Positions 1 to 11,353 of a DNA stretch of 64,000 nucleotides are shown in pieces. The stretch lies in the NCBI RefSeq assembly GCF_054482595.1, contig NZ_CM137008.1; one strand, written 5' to 3'. Below the pieces are notes generated by a model. That model saw only the letters and a program-made list of their open reading frames with translations. It had not been told where the DNA came from and did no database searches. Position 1 is the stretch's first letter. The number at the start of each line of letters is the position of its first letter. Both the position numbers and the translations under genes were made by a program.

Positions 1-955
1 GGCGCGCGTCGGGCAATTTGACCCGCAGACCGTACGGATGGTTTTTGAATTAAAGCAAAACGTAAAACCGCAGCTGTTTGCCCTTGCGCCGGTCGCCGGG
101 TTTAAAGAGCGTCTGGTGATGGACCTCTATCCGGCCAATGCACAGGATATGCAGGACCCGCTGCTGGCGCTGCTGGAGGATTACAACAAAGGCGACCTCG
201 AAAAGCAGGTGCCGCCAGCACAAAGTGGTCCACAACCGGGTAAAGCAGGGCGCGATCGTCCTATTGTTATTATGCTTGACCCTGGCCACGGCGGCGAAGA
301 CTCCGGTGCGGTGGGGAAATACAAAACGCGCGAAAAAGACGTGGTATTGCAAATAGCTCGCCGTCTGCGCTCTCTGATCGAGAAAGAGGGCAATATGAAG
401 GTGTACATGACGCGCAATGAAGACATCTTCATTCCGTTGCAAGTGCGCGTAGCAAAAGCCCAGAAACAGCGTGCCGACCTGTTTGTCTCTATCCATGCCG
501 ACGCCTTTACCAGTCGCCAGCCGAGCGGTTCCTCAGTGTTTGCGCTCTCAACCAAAGGCGCAACCAGTACTGCGGCAAAATATCTGGCACAGACCCAGAA
601 CGCCTCGGACTTGATTGGTGGCGTGAGCAAAAGCGGTGACCGCTATGTCGACCACACCATGTTCGATATGGTGCAGTCGCTGACCATTGCCGACAGCCTT
701 AAGTTTGGTAAAGCGGTGCTGAATAAGCTCGGTAAAATCAACAAGCTGCATAAAAATCAGGTTGAACAGGCCGGGTTTGCCGTGCTGAAAGCGCCTGATA
801 TTCCCTCCATTCTGGTCGAAACGGCGTTTATCAGTAACGTTGAGGAAGAGCGTAAACTGAAAACGGCGACTTTCCAGCAGGAAGTTGCGGAGTCTATTCT
901 TGCGGGAATTAAAGCGTATTTTGCCGATGGGGCGACGCTGGCGAGAAGGGGATGA
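1..955 (+). CDS. amiC: N-acetylmuramoyl-L-alanine amidase AmiC, C-terminal part (5' end outside window)
   Basis: ORF track 38..955 is open in frame to the window edge; amidase_3-type motifs ([25 protein letters not shown]); followed by hairpin plus T-run. Confidence 0.85.
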
Positions 956-956
956 T

Positions 957-984
957 AAAAAGGCGCTGAATGGCGCTTTTTTTA
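957..984. terminator. Bidirectional intrinsic terminator shared by amiC (+) and the tRNA-fMet operon (-)
   Basis: aaaaggcgc-tgaatg-gcgcttttttt: GC stem flanked by an A-run on one side and a T-run on the other. Confidence 0.6.
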
Positions 985-1029
985 TGGGAGAGCAGAAACA
1001 AAAAAACACCCGTTAGGGTGTTCAATAAT

Positions 1030-1106
<77 letters not shown>

Positions 1107-1139
1107 TCACCGTATTGCTTTTACTTCATCAAATTTGAT

Positions 1140-1216
<77 letters not shown>

Positions 1217-1249
1217 TCACCGTACTGCTTTACTTCATCAAATTTTAAT

Positions 1250-1326
<77 letters not shown>

Positions 1327-1534
1327 TCCGTGGATGCGCACTATACTCCGCTCGCGTTTTCATGCAACCTTTTTTTTACCCCGATCACGGATTTGGCATG
1401 ATTTTGAACAAAAACAAATCACTAAAGCCTATTTTTTGTGCAAAATTTGCGTCAGGGAGAGGCTGCTCATTTCATTAAACGCGGCGGTTTGTTATCTTCG
1501 TTGCGCCTTATTTTTTAACCTGAAGAAGAGAACA

Positions 1535-2632
1535 ATGAAAGGACGTTGGGTAAAGTACCTTCTTATGGGCACGGTTGTGGCAATGCTTGCCGCCTGCTCT
1601 TCCAAACCAACCGATCGCGGACAGCAATATAAAGACGGGAAATTTACCCAGCCTTTCTCTCTGGTGAACCAGCCAGATGCCGTTGGCGCGCCGATTAACG
1701 CCGGTGATTTTGCCGAGCAAATTAACCATATCCGTAATTCGTCACCGCGTCTGTATGGCAACCAGAGTAATGTTTATAACGCGGTGCAAGAGTGGCTGCG
1801 CGCAGGCGGTGATACCCGCAATATGCGCCAGTTCGGCATTGATGCCTGGCAGATGGAAGGTGCCGACAACTATGGTAACGTGCAGTTTACAGGCTATTAC
1901 ACGCCGGTAATTCAGGCACGCCATACCCGCCAGGGCGAGTTCCAGTATCCTATTTACCGTATGCCGCCAAAACGTGGTCGTCTGCCGTCTCGTGCGGAGA
2001 TCTACGCGGGGGCATTGAGTGATAAATATATTCTCGCTTACAGTAACTCCCTGATGGATAACTTCATTATGGATGTGCAGGGTAGTGGGTATATCGACTT
2101 TGGTGATGGCAGTCCGCTTAACTTTTTCAGCTATGCAGGGAAAAACGGTCATGCCTATCGCAGCATTGGTAAGGTGCTGATCGACCGTGGCGAAGTGAAA
2201 AAAGAAGATATGTCGATGCAAGCGATTCGTCACTGGGGCGAAACACACAGTGAAGCCGAGGTTCGCGAGCTGCTGGAACAGAACCCGTCTTTCGTTTTCT
2301 TTAAACCGCAATCTTTTGCACCGGTGAAAGGGGCAAGTGCGGTGCCGCTGGTTGGCCGTGCTTCTGTTGCCTCTGATCGTTCCATTATTCCGCCAGGTAC
2401 AACCTTGCTGGCAGAAGTGCCGCTGCTGGATAATAACGGCAAATTTAACGGTCAGTACGAATTGCGTCTGATGGTGGCACTGGATGTCGGTGGCGCAATC
2501 AAAGGCCAACACTTCGATATCTATCAAGGGATCGGGCCGGAAGCCGGACACCGCGCAGGTTGGTACAACCACTATGGACGTGTCTGGGTGCTGAAAACGG
2601 CTCCGGGCGCAGGTAACGTCTTTAGCGGCTGA
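1535..2632 (+). CDS. mltA: Membrane-bound lytic murein transglycosylase A (lipoprotein)
   Basis: 365-aa ORF starting MKGRWVKYLLMG with lipobox LAAC; the ORF-track start at 1253 runs through the tRNA gene and is rejected. Confidence 0.9.
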   Translation: MKGRWVKYLLMGTVVAMLAACSSKPTDRGQQYKDGKFTQPFSLVNQPDAVGAPINAGDFAEQINHIRNSSPRLYGNQSNVYNAVQEWLRAGGDTRNMRQFGIDAWQMEGADNYGNVQFTGYYTPVIQARHTRQGEFQYPIYRMPPKRGRLPSRAEIYAGALSDKYILAYSNSLMDNFIMDVQGSGYIDFGDGSPLNFFSYAGKNGHAYRSIGKVLIDRGEVKKEDMSMQAIRHWGETHSEAEVRELLEQNPSFVFFKPQSFAPVKGASAVPLVGRASVASDRSIIPPGTTLLAEVPLLDNNGKFNGQYELRLMVALDVGGAIKGQHFDIYQGIGPEAGHRAGWYNHYGRVWVLKTAPGAGNVFSG

Positions 2633-2720
2633 TGTGATATTCTGTATGCCGTTTTTACGGATATGACAGGGTGAGGGATAACCTCACATCCTGATTATTG
2701 ACTAAGTGCGCGTTGTTCAT

Positions 2721-2818
2721 GCCGGATGCGGCGTGAACGCCTTATCCAGCCTACAAATCATGCAAATCCAAAATATTGCAGGAGTTATGTAGGCCTGATA
2801 AGCGTAGCGCATCAGGCA
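2721..2818. repeat. REP/BIME element (two REP units in inverted orientation)
   Basis: gccggatgcggcgtgaacgccttatccagcctac and gtaggcctgataagcgtagcgcatcaggc palindromic units. Confidence 0.7.
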
Positions 2819-2870
2819 TTTATGCGTTTAGGGTGAGGGATAACCTCGCCCTTTTTAATTCTGAGGTGCT

Positions 2871-3677
2871 ATGTCTGTGGTAATTAGTGATGCATGGCGT
2901 CAGCGTTTTGGTGGCACAGCGCGTCTGTATGGTGAAAAAGCGTTGCAACTGTTTGCTGACGCGCATATTTGTGTGGTTGGTATCGGTGGTGTCGGTTCCT
3001 GGGCGGCGGAAGCGCTGGCGCGCACGGGGATTGGCGCAATCACGCTTATCGATATGGATGATGTGTGCGTCACCAATACCAATCGGCAAATTCACGCTCT
3101 GCGCGATAACGTCGGGCTGGCAAAAGCGGAAGTCATGGCGGAGCGTATTCGCCAGATTAACCCGGAGTGCCGTGTAACGGTGGTGGATGATTTCGTGACG
3201 CCGGATAACGTAGCGCAGTATATGAGCGTGGGTTATTCGTACGTGATTGATGCCATTGATAGTGTACGGCCCAAAGCGGCGCTGATTGCTTATTGTCGGC
3301 GCAATAAAATCCCGCTGGTCACGACCGGTGGCGCGGGTGGGCAGATTGACCCGACGCAGATTCAGGTTACCGATCTGGCGAAAACGATTCAGGATCCGCT
3401 GGCGGCGAAGTTGCGCGAGCGCCTGAAAAGCGATTTTGGCGTAGTGAAAAACAGTAAAGGTAAGCTCGGCGTCGATTGCGTGTTTTCTACTGAAGCGCTG
3501 GTGTACCCGCAGTCAGACGGTACTGTGTGTGCGATGAAAGCCACGGCAGAAGGGCCGAAGCGGATGGATTGTGCATCTGGATTTGGCGCGGCAACGATGG
3601 TGACCGCCACCTTTGGGTTTGTTGCGGTTTCTCATGCGCTGAAGAAGATGATGGCGAAAGCGGCGCGTCAGGGTTAA
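2871..3677 (+). CDS. tcdA: tRNA threonylcarbamoyladenosine dehydratase (ThiF/MoeB-like E1 enzyme)
   Basis: 268-aa ORF with Rossmann motif VVGIGGVGSW; neighbour of csdE/csdA. Confidence 0.9.
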   Translation: MSVVISDAWRQRFGGTARLYGEKALQLFADAHICVVGIGGVGSWAAEALARTGIGAITLIDMDDVCVTNTNRQIHALRDNVGLAKAEVMAERIRQINPECRVTVVDDFVTPDNVAQYMSVGYSYVIDAIDSVRPKAALIAYCRRNKIPLVTTGGAGGQIDPTQIQVTDLAKTIQDPLAAKLRERLKSDFGVVKNSKGKLGVDCVFSTEALVYPQSDGTVCAMKATAEGPKRMDCASGFGAATMVTATFGFVAVSHALKKMMAKAARQG

Positions 3678-3682
3678 ACAAT

Positions 3683-3719
3683 CAGGTCGGATGCGACGCG
3701 AACGTCTTATCCGACCTGG
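3683..3719. repeat. REP element between convergent tcdA and csdE
   Basis: aggtcggatgcgacgcgaacgtcttatccgacctgg imperfect palindrome. Confidence 0.65.
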
Positions 3720-3727
3720 TTCTGTGC

Positions 3728-4171
3728 TTAAACCTGCTTCGCCGCAGCGATAATCGCCTCGCTTAACGCATTCAACCCCTGGCTGCGTGAGGCGCTAAGC
3801 TGTGCACGCAATCCCAGCTCATCAAACAATGCCAGCGGCGACTGTGCCTGCAATTCGGCGGCGGTTTTCCCCTCAACGGCAGTCAACAACACCGCCAACA
3901 GGCCGCGCACAATGCGCCCTTCGCTATCGCCAAAGAAGTGCATTTTACCGTTTTCAGTCACGGTATATCCCAGCCAGACGCGGTTTTCGCATCCGGCAAT
4001 CTCTTTAGCCTGCGCTTTTAACTCGTCTGGCAAAGCCGGAAGCTGTTTCCCCAGCATGATCAACTGGCGATATTTATCTTCCCATTGCGACAACGGAGCG
4101 AAGGTATTGCGTAACGTTTCTGCGGTTACGGTTGTGCCGAACGGATGTCCGGCGAATTGCGGGTTTGTCAT
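3728..4171 (-). CDS. csdE: Sulfur acceptor protein CsdE (SufE-like)
   Basis: 147-aa ORF; its start overlaps the csdA stop by 1 nt. Confidence 0.9.
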   Translation of the reverse strand: MTNPQFAGHPFGTTVTAETLRNTFAPLSQWEDKYRQLIMLGKQLPALPDELKAQAKEIAGCENRVWLGYTVTENGKMHFFGDSEGRIVRGLLAVLLTAVEGKTAAELQAQSPLALFDELGLRAQLSASRSQGLNALSEAIIAAAKQV

Positions 4172-5376
4172 TAATCCACCAATAATTCCAGCGCGCGGTC
4201 AACGGCATTCACCAGCGCATCCACATCACTCTTTGTATTATATGGCGCAAATGAGGCGCGCAGTGTGCCGGTTACGCCTAATTCTGCCAGTAGCGGCTGA
4301 GCGCAATGTTGCCCGGCCCGCAAGGCAATACCGTACTCCGCCAGCAGCGTCACCATATCGCTATGATGAACGCCAGCAAAATCAAAGGCCAGCAGGCTGG
4401 AATCCTGGCAGCGGAATGAACGAAAGCCTGGACGTTTCGCCAGCGCATCTTCCGCCAGCGTTGCTAAGCTACGGCTCCAGCTTTCGGCCTGGTTGATATC
4501 GTAATCTGCCAGCCATTCCAGCGCCGCGCTTAATCCTATGACACCAGCGACATTTGGCGTTCCAGCTTCCAGTTTCCACGGCGCAGATTGAGTCGTGAAG
4601 CCGTCAAAACTCACTTCGTGAACCATTTTGCCGCCGCCCAGCCAGGGCGACATCGCCTCCAGCAGTTCTGATTTACCATACAGCACGCCGATACCTGTCG
4701 GGCCATACAGTTTGTGACCTGAAAAAGCATAGAAATCAATATCCAGTTGCTGAACATCCGCGGGGAAATGCACTGCCCCCTGAGCACCATCAACCATCAC
4801 CACCATCCCGGCTGAATGAGCAAAGGTAATCGCTCGCGCCAGATCCGGGCAACCGCCAGTAACGTTCGACATCTGACCCAACGCCAGAATCCGACTACGG
4901 GGAGTAATCAGTTCTGGCAACAAATCGACATCCGGCAGTCGCTGCGCATTAAGCGGCAATTTCACCACTTTGGCTCCAGTTTGTTGGGCGACCATCAGCC
5001 AGGGGACGAGGTTAGCGTGGTGTTCTGCCACGCTGACAATAATCTCATCGCCCGGTTGCAGACGCGGACGCGCATAGCATTGTGCCACCATGTTGATGGA
5101 TTCAGTGGTGCCGCGCGTCCAGACGATAGTTTTATCATCCGGTGCATTCAGTAATTGCGCCACTTTCTCTCGTGCAGCTTCATAACGCGCGGTCAGGCGT
5201 TGGGCTTCGGCAAACTGGCTGCGATGGACGTTTCCGGCGCTCAGGCTGTAAAACTGTCGAGTGGCTTCAACCACGGCTTCAGGTTTAAGCGCGGTCGCGG
5301 CGCTATCGAGATAGACGCCCGCATCCTGTAGTGCGGGAAACTGGGCGCGAAACTGCGCGGGATTAAAAACGTTCAT
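4171..5376 (-). CDS. csdA: Cysteine desulfurase CsdA (PLP-dependent class V aminotransferase)
   Basis: ORF 4171..5412; start chosen at [16 protein letters not shown] giving 401 aa; the 12 extra N-terminal codons in the ORF track are probably not translated. Confidence 0.88.
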   Translation of the reverse strand: MNVFNPAQFRAQFPALQDAGVYLDSAATALKPEAVVEATRQFYSLSAGNVHRSQFAEAQRLTARYEAAREKVAQLLNAPDDKTIVWTRGTTESINMVAQCYARPRLQPGDEIIVSVAEHHANLVPWLMVAQQTGAKVVKLPLNAQRLPDVDLLPELITPRSRILALGQMSNVTGGCPDLARAITFAHSAGMVVMVDGAQGAVHFPADVQQLDIDFYAFSGHKLYGPTGIGVLYGKSELLEAMSPWLGGGKMVHEVSFDGFTTQSAPWKLEAGTPNVAGVIGLSAALEWLADYDINQAESWSRSLATLAEDALAKRPGFRSFRCQDSSLLAFDFAGVHHSDMVTLLAEYGIALRAGQHCAQPLLAELGVTGTLRASFAPYNTKSDVDALVNAVDRALELLVD

Positions 5377-5567
5377 GGTACTCCTCGGCTTGATGCACCG
5401 ATCGTGACGCAAAATTCACTTTGATACAAGGAGAGTGCTAACCATCAGAATTATCTGGATATCCTGGCGAAGCCGCGTAAGTAACATATGCTGAATAGTG
5501 TTAGGCGTTAATTTTAGCCTGTTAATCAATACTATTAAGATTTATTAATCGCTTTAAGGAGAAGATG

Positions 5568-5795
5568 ATGAAAAAGACTGCCGCAATTATTTCTGCCTGT
5601 ATGCTGACTTTTGCCCTGAGCGCCTGTTCCGGTTCGAACTATGTGATGCACACCAATGACGGACGTACCATCGTCTCTGACGGCAAACCACAGACTGATA
5701 ACGATACCGGTATGATTTCGTATAAAGACGCTAATGGCAACAAACAGCAGATCAACCGTACTGACGTGAAAGAGATGGTCGAACTGGATCAGTAA
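5568..5795 (+). CDS. ygdI: Small lipoprotein YgdI (DUF903 family)
   Basis: 75-aa ORF with signal peptide and lipobox LSAC; start could equally be the Met one codon upstream (5565). Confidence 0.8.
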   Translation: MKKTAAIISACMLTFALSACSGSNYVMHTNDGRTIVSDGKPQTDNDTGMISYKDANGNKQQINRTDVKEMVELDQ

Positions 5796-5811
5796 TTCGC
5801 GATCGCAAGGT

Positions 5812-6017
5812 AAAAAAAAGCACCGCAATTAGGCGGTGCTACATTAATCACTATGGACAGACAGGGTAAATGTACAGGAAGTGAAAAAAGGTAGCTTTGC
5901 TACCATGGTCTGAATCGCAGACCAATTGCAAACACAACAACACAACATCACAACCGTAAGCCAAAAGTTCACCAGAACACGCATTCCGATAAAACTTTTC
6001 GTTCCGGCTCAGGAAGT
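5812..6017 (-). ncRNA. gcvB: GcvB small regulatory RNA
   Basis: Minus strand reads ACTTCCTGAGCCGGAACGAAAAGTTTTATCGG...GU-rich GTTGTGATGTTGTGTTGTTGTGTTTG...terminator hairpin plus U-run; divergent from gcvA. Confidence 0.88.
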
Positions 6018-6145
6018 GCCGCCACTATAGGTATTTGCTGGTAGAAGCTCAACGGACAATTTATAATGGCTCAGATTAAAAAAACTAATAGGTTACATAG
6101 TGTGATCTAATTGTTAAATTCATTTAACATCAAAGTTTAAAAGCC

Positions 6146-7063
6146 ATGTCTAAACGATTACCACCGCTAAATGCCTTACGAGTTTTTGATGCCGCAGCAC
6201 GCCATTTAAGTTTCACTCGCGCAGCAGAAGAGCTTTTTGTGACCCAGGCCGCAGTAAGTCATCAAATCAAGTCTCTTGAGGATTTTTTGGGGCTAAAACT
6301 GTTCCGCCGCCGTAATCGTTCACTCCTGCTGACCGAGGAAGGGCAAAGCTATTTCCTCGATATCAAAGAGATATTTTCGCAATTAACCGAAGCGACGCGT
6401 AAACTCCAGGCCCGTAGCGCCAAGGGGGCGTTGACGGTCAGTTTACTCCCCAGTTTCGCCATTCATTGGTTGGTTCCGCGACTTTCCAGCTTTAATTCAG
6501 CTTATCCGGGAATTGACGTTCGAATCCAGGCGGTTGATCGTCAGGAAGATAAGCTGGCGGATGATGTTGATGTGGCGATATTTTATGGTCGGGGCAACTG
6601 GCCGGGGCTACGGGTGGAAAAACTTTACGCCGAATATTTATTGCCGGTGTGTTCGCCGCTACTGCTGACTGGCGAAAAACCCTTGAAGACCCCGGAAGAT
6701 CTGGCTAAACATACGTTATTACATGATGCGTCACGCCGTGACTGGCAGACATATACCCGACAATTGGGGTTAAATCATATCAACGTTCAGCAAGGGCCAA
6801 TTTTTAGCCATAGCGCCATGGTGCTGCAAGCGGCTATTCACGGGCAGGGAGTGGCGCTGGCAAATAACGTGATGGCGCAATCTGAAATCGAGGCCGGACG
6901 TCTTGTTTGCCCGTTTAATGATGTTCTGGTCAGTAAAAACGCTTTTTATCTGGTTTGTCATGACAGCCAGGCAGAACTGGGTAAAATAGCCGCCTTTCGT
7001 CAATGGATCCTGGCGAAAGCTGCTGCTGAACAAGAAAAATTCCGCTTTCGTTATGAACAATAA
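6146..7063 (+). CDS. gcvA: LysR-family transcriptional regulator of the glycine cleavage system
   Basis: 305-aa ORF; N-terminal HTH (LSFTRAAEELFVTQAAVSHQIKSLE); divergent from gcvB. Confidence 0.92.
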   Translation: MSKRLPPLNALRVFDAAARHLSFTRAAEELFVTQAAVSHQIKSLEDFLGLKLFRRRNRSLLLTEEGQSYFLDIKEIFSQLTEATRKLQARSAKGALTVSLLPSFAIHWLVPRLSSFNSAYPGIDVRIQAVDRQEDKLADDVDVAIFYGRGNWPGLRVEKLYAEYLLPVCSPLLLTGEKPLKTPEDLAKHTLLHDASRRDWQTYTRQLGLNHINVQQGPIFSHSAMVLQAAIHGQGVALANNVMAQSEIEAGRLVCPFNDVLVSKNAFYLVCHDSQAELGKIAAFRQWILAKAAAEQEKFRFRYEQ

Positions 7064-7081
7064 TTTACGTAGGGTACGACC

Positions 7082-7477
7082 ATGACCAGCCGTTTTATGC
7101 TGATTTTCGCCGCCATTAGCGGCTTCATTTTTGTGGCTCTGGGCGCTTTTGGCGCGCATGTGTTAAGTAAAACCATGGGGGCCGTTGAGATGGGCTGGAT
7201 CCAGACCGGCCTCGAATACCAGGCGTTTCATACGCTGGCGATCTTAGGTCTGGCGGTGGCAATGCAGCGTCGCATCAGTATCTGGTTTTACTGGAGTAGC
7301 GTTTTCCTCGCGTTAGGCACGGTGTTGTTCAGCGGCACCCTTTATTGCCTGGCGCTGTCCCATCTGCGTTTGTGGGCGTTTGTCACTCCGGTTGGCGGCG
7401 TGAGCTTCCTCGCGGGCTGGGCGTTAATGTTAGTTGGTGCTATCCGTTTAAAGCGCAAGGGCGTAAGTCATGAATAA
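7082..7477 (+). CDS. ygdD: Inner-membrane protein YgdD (DUF423)
   Basis: 131-aa hydrophobic ORF; overlaps rlmM start by 8 nt. Confidence 0.85.
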
Positions 7478-8570
7478 GGTTGTATTGCTGTGCCGTCCGG
7501 GCTTTGAAAAAGAGTGCGCCGCAGAAATTACCGATAAAGCCGGCCAGCGGGAAATTTTCGGTTTTGCCCGCGTGAAAGAGAATGCGGGTTATGTCATTTA
7601 TGAATGTTATCAACCTGATGATGGCGATAAGTTAATCCGTGAGCTGCCGTTCAGTTCATTAATTTTTGCCCGCCAGTGGTTTGTGGTGGGGGAACTCCTG
7701 CAGCATTTGCCGCCAGAAGATCGTATTACCCCCATTGTCGGCATGTTACAGGGCGTAGTAGAGAAGGGCGGTGAACTGCGTGTTGAAGTTGCCGATACCA
7801 ACGAAAGCAAAGAGTTACTGAAATTCTGCCGTAAATTTACTGTTCCGCTACGCGCTGCCTTGCGCGATGCCGGGGTGCTGGCGAACTATGAAACGCCGAA
7901 GCGTCCGGTTGTGCATGTATTCTTTATTGCACCAGGCTGCTGCTATACCGGTTACTCATACAGCAACAATAATTCGCCGTTCTATATGGGCATTCCGCGC
8001 CTGAAATTTCCGGCAGATGCGCCGAGTCGTTCCACGCTCAAACTGGAAGAGGCATTTCATGTGTTTATTCCTGCGGATGAGTGGGATGAACGCCTGGCGA
8101 ACGGGATGTGGGCGGTGGATTTAGGCGCTTGCCCTGGCGGCTGGACCTACCAACTGGTGAAGCGCAACATGTGGGTTTATTCCGTCGACAACGGCCCGAT
8201 GGCGCAAAGTCTGATGGATACCGGACAGGTGACGTGGCTGCGGGAAGACGGTTTCAAATTCCGTCCGACGCGCAGCAATATCTCCTGGATGGTATGCGAT
8301 ATGGTTGAAAAACCGGCGAAAGTTGCGGCATTGATGGCGCAGTGGCTGGTTAATGGCTGGTGCCGTGAAACCATTTTCAACCTCAAACTGCCGATGAAAA
8401 AACGCTACGAAGAAGTGTCACACAATCTGGCGTATATTCAGGCACAGCTTGATGAACATGGCATAAATGCTCAGATTCAGGCGCGGCAGTTGTATCACGA
8501 TCGCGAAGAAGTGACGGTGCACGTCCGCCGCATCTGGGCTGCGGTGGGTGGTCGTCGCGACGAGCGATAA
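7470..8570 (+). CDS. rlmM: 23S rRNA 2'-O-ribose C2498 methyltransferase
   Basis: 366-aa ORF, clean six-frame signal, conserved position after ygdD. Confidence 0.88.
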
Positions 8571-8613
8571 CAGGCAAGGCCGGGGCGTCGTCTCCGGCCT
8601 GCTACCCTTTCCG

Positions 8614-9345
8614 TCAGGCTGTTACCAAAGAAGTTGCAACCTGGCGCTCATCAGAAATAATGTGCGTTACCTCATCCAGATGCCCGATGCGGGCTTCCCC
8701 TGAACGATTAAATTTACTTTTATCAATCAATAACAACGATTGCGCGGCACGTTTTAATAGCATCGATTTGTAATCAGCGTTGATCGCATTGGAGTCCCAC
8801 AGTGCGCCGCTGCTATCGATCCCTTCACAAGAAAAAATAAACAGATCGATTTCCAGCGATTTAAGTTGGGAAATCAGCGAGGGATTGACGTAACAGCCAT
8901 ATTTGCGCTCAAGTGTGCCGCCGGAACTGATCAGTTGAATGCGTTCGCGTTTACCGAGTTCATGGCAAATCGGATGGCTATTGGTGAAGACCTGAATGTT
9001 GATGTCAGGCAACTGGCGTGCCAGATACCAGCAAGTTGAACTGGCGTCTAAGGCTATCACCATCCCTTCTTCAATCCACGCGAGCGCCTCGCGCGCGATA
9101 TCTGCTTTATGCGCATAATGGCTTTTCAGCCTGATGTGAAAGGGATCGCCACTGTCTTGATTTTGACGGTGGATATATTTAGCGCGTCCATGATTGCGCA
9201 GAATTTTACCCTGCGTCTGTAATTCATTGAGATCGCGACGAATGGTTTCTTTACTGACCTTTAGCTGTTCAGAGAGAGCTTCCGTGGTCAGGCTGGTATG
9301 GTTCAGCAGCAGGTCGACTATCGCTTGCTGGCGTGCCGCTTTCAT
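8614..9345 (-). CDS. fucR: DeoR-family L-fucose operon activator
   Basis: ORF 8614..9354; start taken at MKAARQQAIVDLL (243 aa); N-terminal HTH and DeoR C-terminal sugar-binding domain. Confidence 0.88.
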   Translation of the reverse strand: MKAARQQAIVDLLLNHTSLTTEALSEQLKVSKETIRRDLNELQTQGKILRNHGRAKYIHRQNQDSGDPFHIRLKSHYAHKADIAREALAWIEEGMVIALDASSTCWYLARQLPDINIQVFTNSHPICHELGKRERIQLISSGGTLERKYGCYVNPSLISQLKSLEIDLFIFSCEGIDSSGALWDSNAINADYKSMLLKRAAQSLLLIDKSKFNRSGEARIGHLDEVTHIISDERQVATSLVTA

Positions 9346-9402
9346 ATTTTTCACCCCATCATTCGATAACCGCCCGCGTCATGCGGGCGTACCGGTATGA
9401 GA

Positions 9403-9825
9403 TTACGGTGTTACCCCTTTTTTTAAAAGAATATTCCCGTACTTCGCTCGTTCGCCTGTGATAACGATCGCAAAGGCTTTTTGCGCCCGTTCATAAAACG
9501 CAAAACGATTGATGCGGATGATGTCAGGACACGGGGCTTGTAGTGAAAGCGCATTACGGTAACGTCGTTCTACTTCAGGATCGAGAGTGTCACCTTCTAC
9601 CGCCGCCATCATCACCAGCGGCGGTGCATAACTGTCCAGTTCAAATAACGGGATAATCGCCTGGAGCAAGTCGCTCACCAACAGGCCATCAGCGCGGATC
9701 ACCTGCGGTCCCATCGAATGGGCGGGAAAGTGAGCATCGGAAAAAATAATTTCATCTCCATGTCCCATCTCTGCCAGCACTTTCAATAGTTCGGGAGAAA
9801 TTAACGGCGAAATTGTTTTCAGCAT
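9403..9825 (-). CDS. fucU: L-fucose mutarotase
   Basis: 140-aa ORF (RbsD/FucU family) directly downstream of fucK. Confidence 0.9.
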
Positions 9826-9826
9826 T

Positions 9827-11275
9827 TCACACTTCCTCTATAAATTCAGGTTCAGTTTGCGGGTAGAAATAACGGTACTGATAATGAATCTGTGCGCGGG
9901 CTTCTTCCGGGCTGTTAAATTCCCCTACGCCATACCAACCGAACAGCGCAGCTCCTGCGACGGTCGTTTCGGCGTCGTCGAGAACTTTTACCGGAATATC
10001 AAGCATATTGGCTTTAATCTGATTCCACAATGTGTTGCGACTTCCTCCACCGACTAACAATAATTCAGAGGCCTTAAAGTGCCCGATTTTTTCCAGCATC
10101 TGTAGATTGCGCTGTAATTGCGCAGTTAACCCTTCCAGCGCCGCGCGATAGAAATGCCCCCGCGTGGTATTAAGCGTCACTCCTTGCCAGCCAGCGTTCT
10201 GACACGACAATAAATCACACTGCATTTTCACGCCATCCGCGCCAGGCGCGATCAGACGAGCCTCTTCAATCAACATTTGCCAGGGTGTTTCAGCCGTCCA
10301 GAACAGTTTTCTCACCCATTCCAGCACGCCGGATGCCAGCCATTGCATACCTGGGTTATACAGCCCTGCCTGGCTATCCAGTTCGCAGGTGGAACCGGCG
10401 TACTGACTTAACAGCGAAGTATCAACCTGGGCGCTACGGACCATTAAAATTTCCCATGTACCGGAAGAGAGCACGGGTTCATTTTGGTCGGCACCAGCGC
10501 CAAAAAGGGCGAACTGGGTATCGTGACCTGCGGAAATCACCGGTATGCCAACGGGTAAGCCGAGCATTGCTGCGGCGCTGTTCTGTAGCGTACCAATCTG
10601 TTCACCCGCTTCCACCAGACGAGGGAAGAGTCGGCGTGGAATACCGGTGGCTTGTAAAATTTGCGGACTGAAATCGCGTTGCTGGATATCCAGCATCTGG
10701 CTGGTTCCGGCCATCGTGATATCAGTAGTGAATTCGCCGGTTAAACGGTGGTTAATCAGCGACGAAATAAAGAGCCAGGCGTGCGCGCGTTCCAGCAGTT
10801 GTGGATGATTTTCTTTCAACCACACCAACTTATATAACGTATTGAAACTAAAGGCTCCGACGCCAGAAATAGCCTGCAACCGCTGTGCGGAGATCAACTG
10901 TTCAATATTGTCCATAACCGCTGCTGTTCGCGGACATTTCCAGCTAATGATCGGATAGAGCAGATTGCCTTGCTTATCTACCAGAGCGCCATCCACACCA
11001 AAGGTGGTGACGGCGATACCGCGGATGTGGCATTCAGTCAGTTCACTATTGATTTGCCGACAGCAATCAGCAAAGCGTTGCAAAATGGCGTCTAAAGACC
11101 ACTGGTGCCAGGTGTTGTTTTCCATCGCGATATCGCTGGCATTAGGCGTTGAGGCGCGGGCAACAATTTTTCCCTGCCGATTAACCGCGATGGCCCTGAC
11201 ATTGGTCGCGCCACAGTCGAGTACCAGGATAACTTCTTGTTTCATAATCGCTCCTGCAATATAGCCGGATAACAT
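9827..11275 (-). CDS. fucK: L-fuculokinase (FGGY carbohydrate kinase)
   Basis: 482-aa ORF; an internal Met at [15 protein letters not shown] (start 11245) is an alternative initiation site. Confidence 0.88.
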
Positions 11276-11353
11276 TGCTTATCCGGCTAACCACTCTTGC
11301 TTGTTCAGGCCCGGTAGCCGGAGCGACCGGGCATCACATCAGGGAGTAATGTA

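Noticed and set aside
1742-2572. 276-aa minus-strand ORF opposite mltA
   Set aside because: Antisense shadow ORF; mltA on the plus strand has a lipoprotein signal and conserved position.
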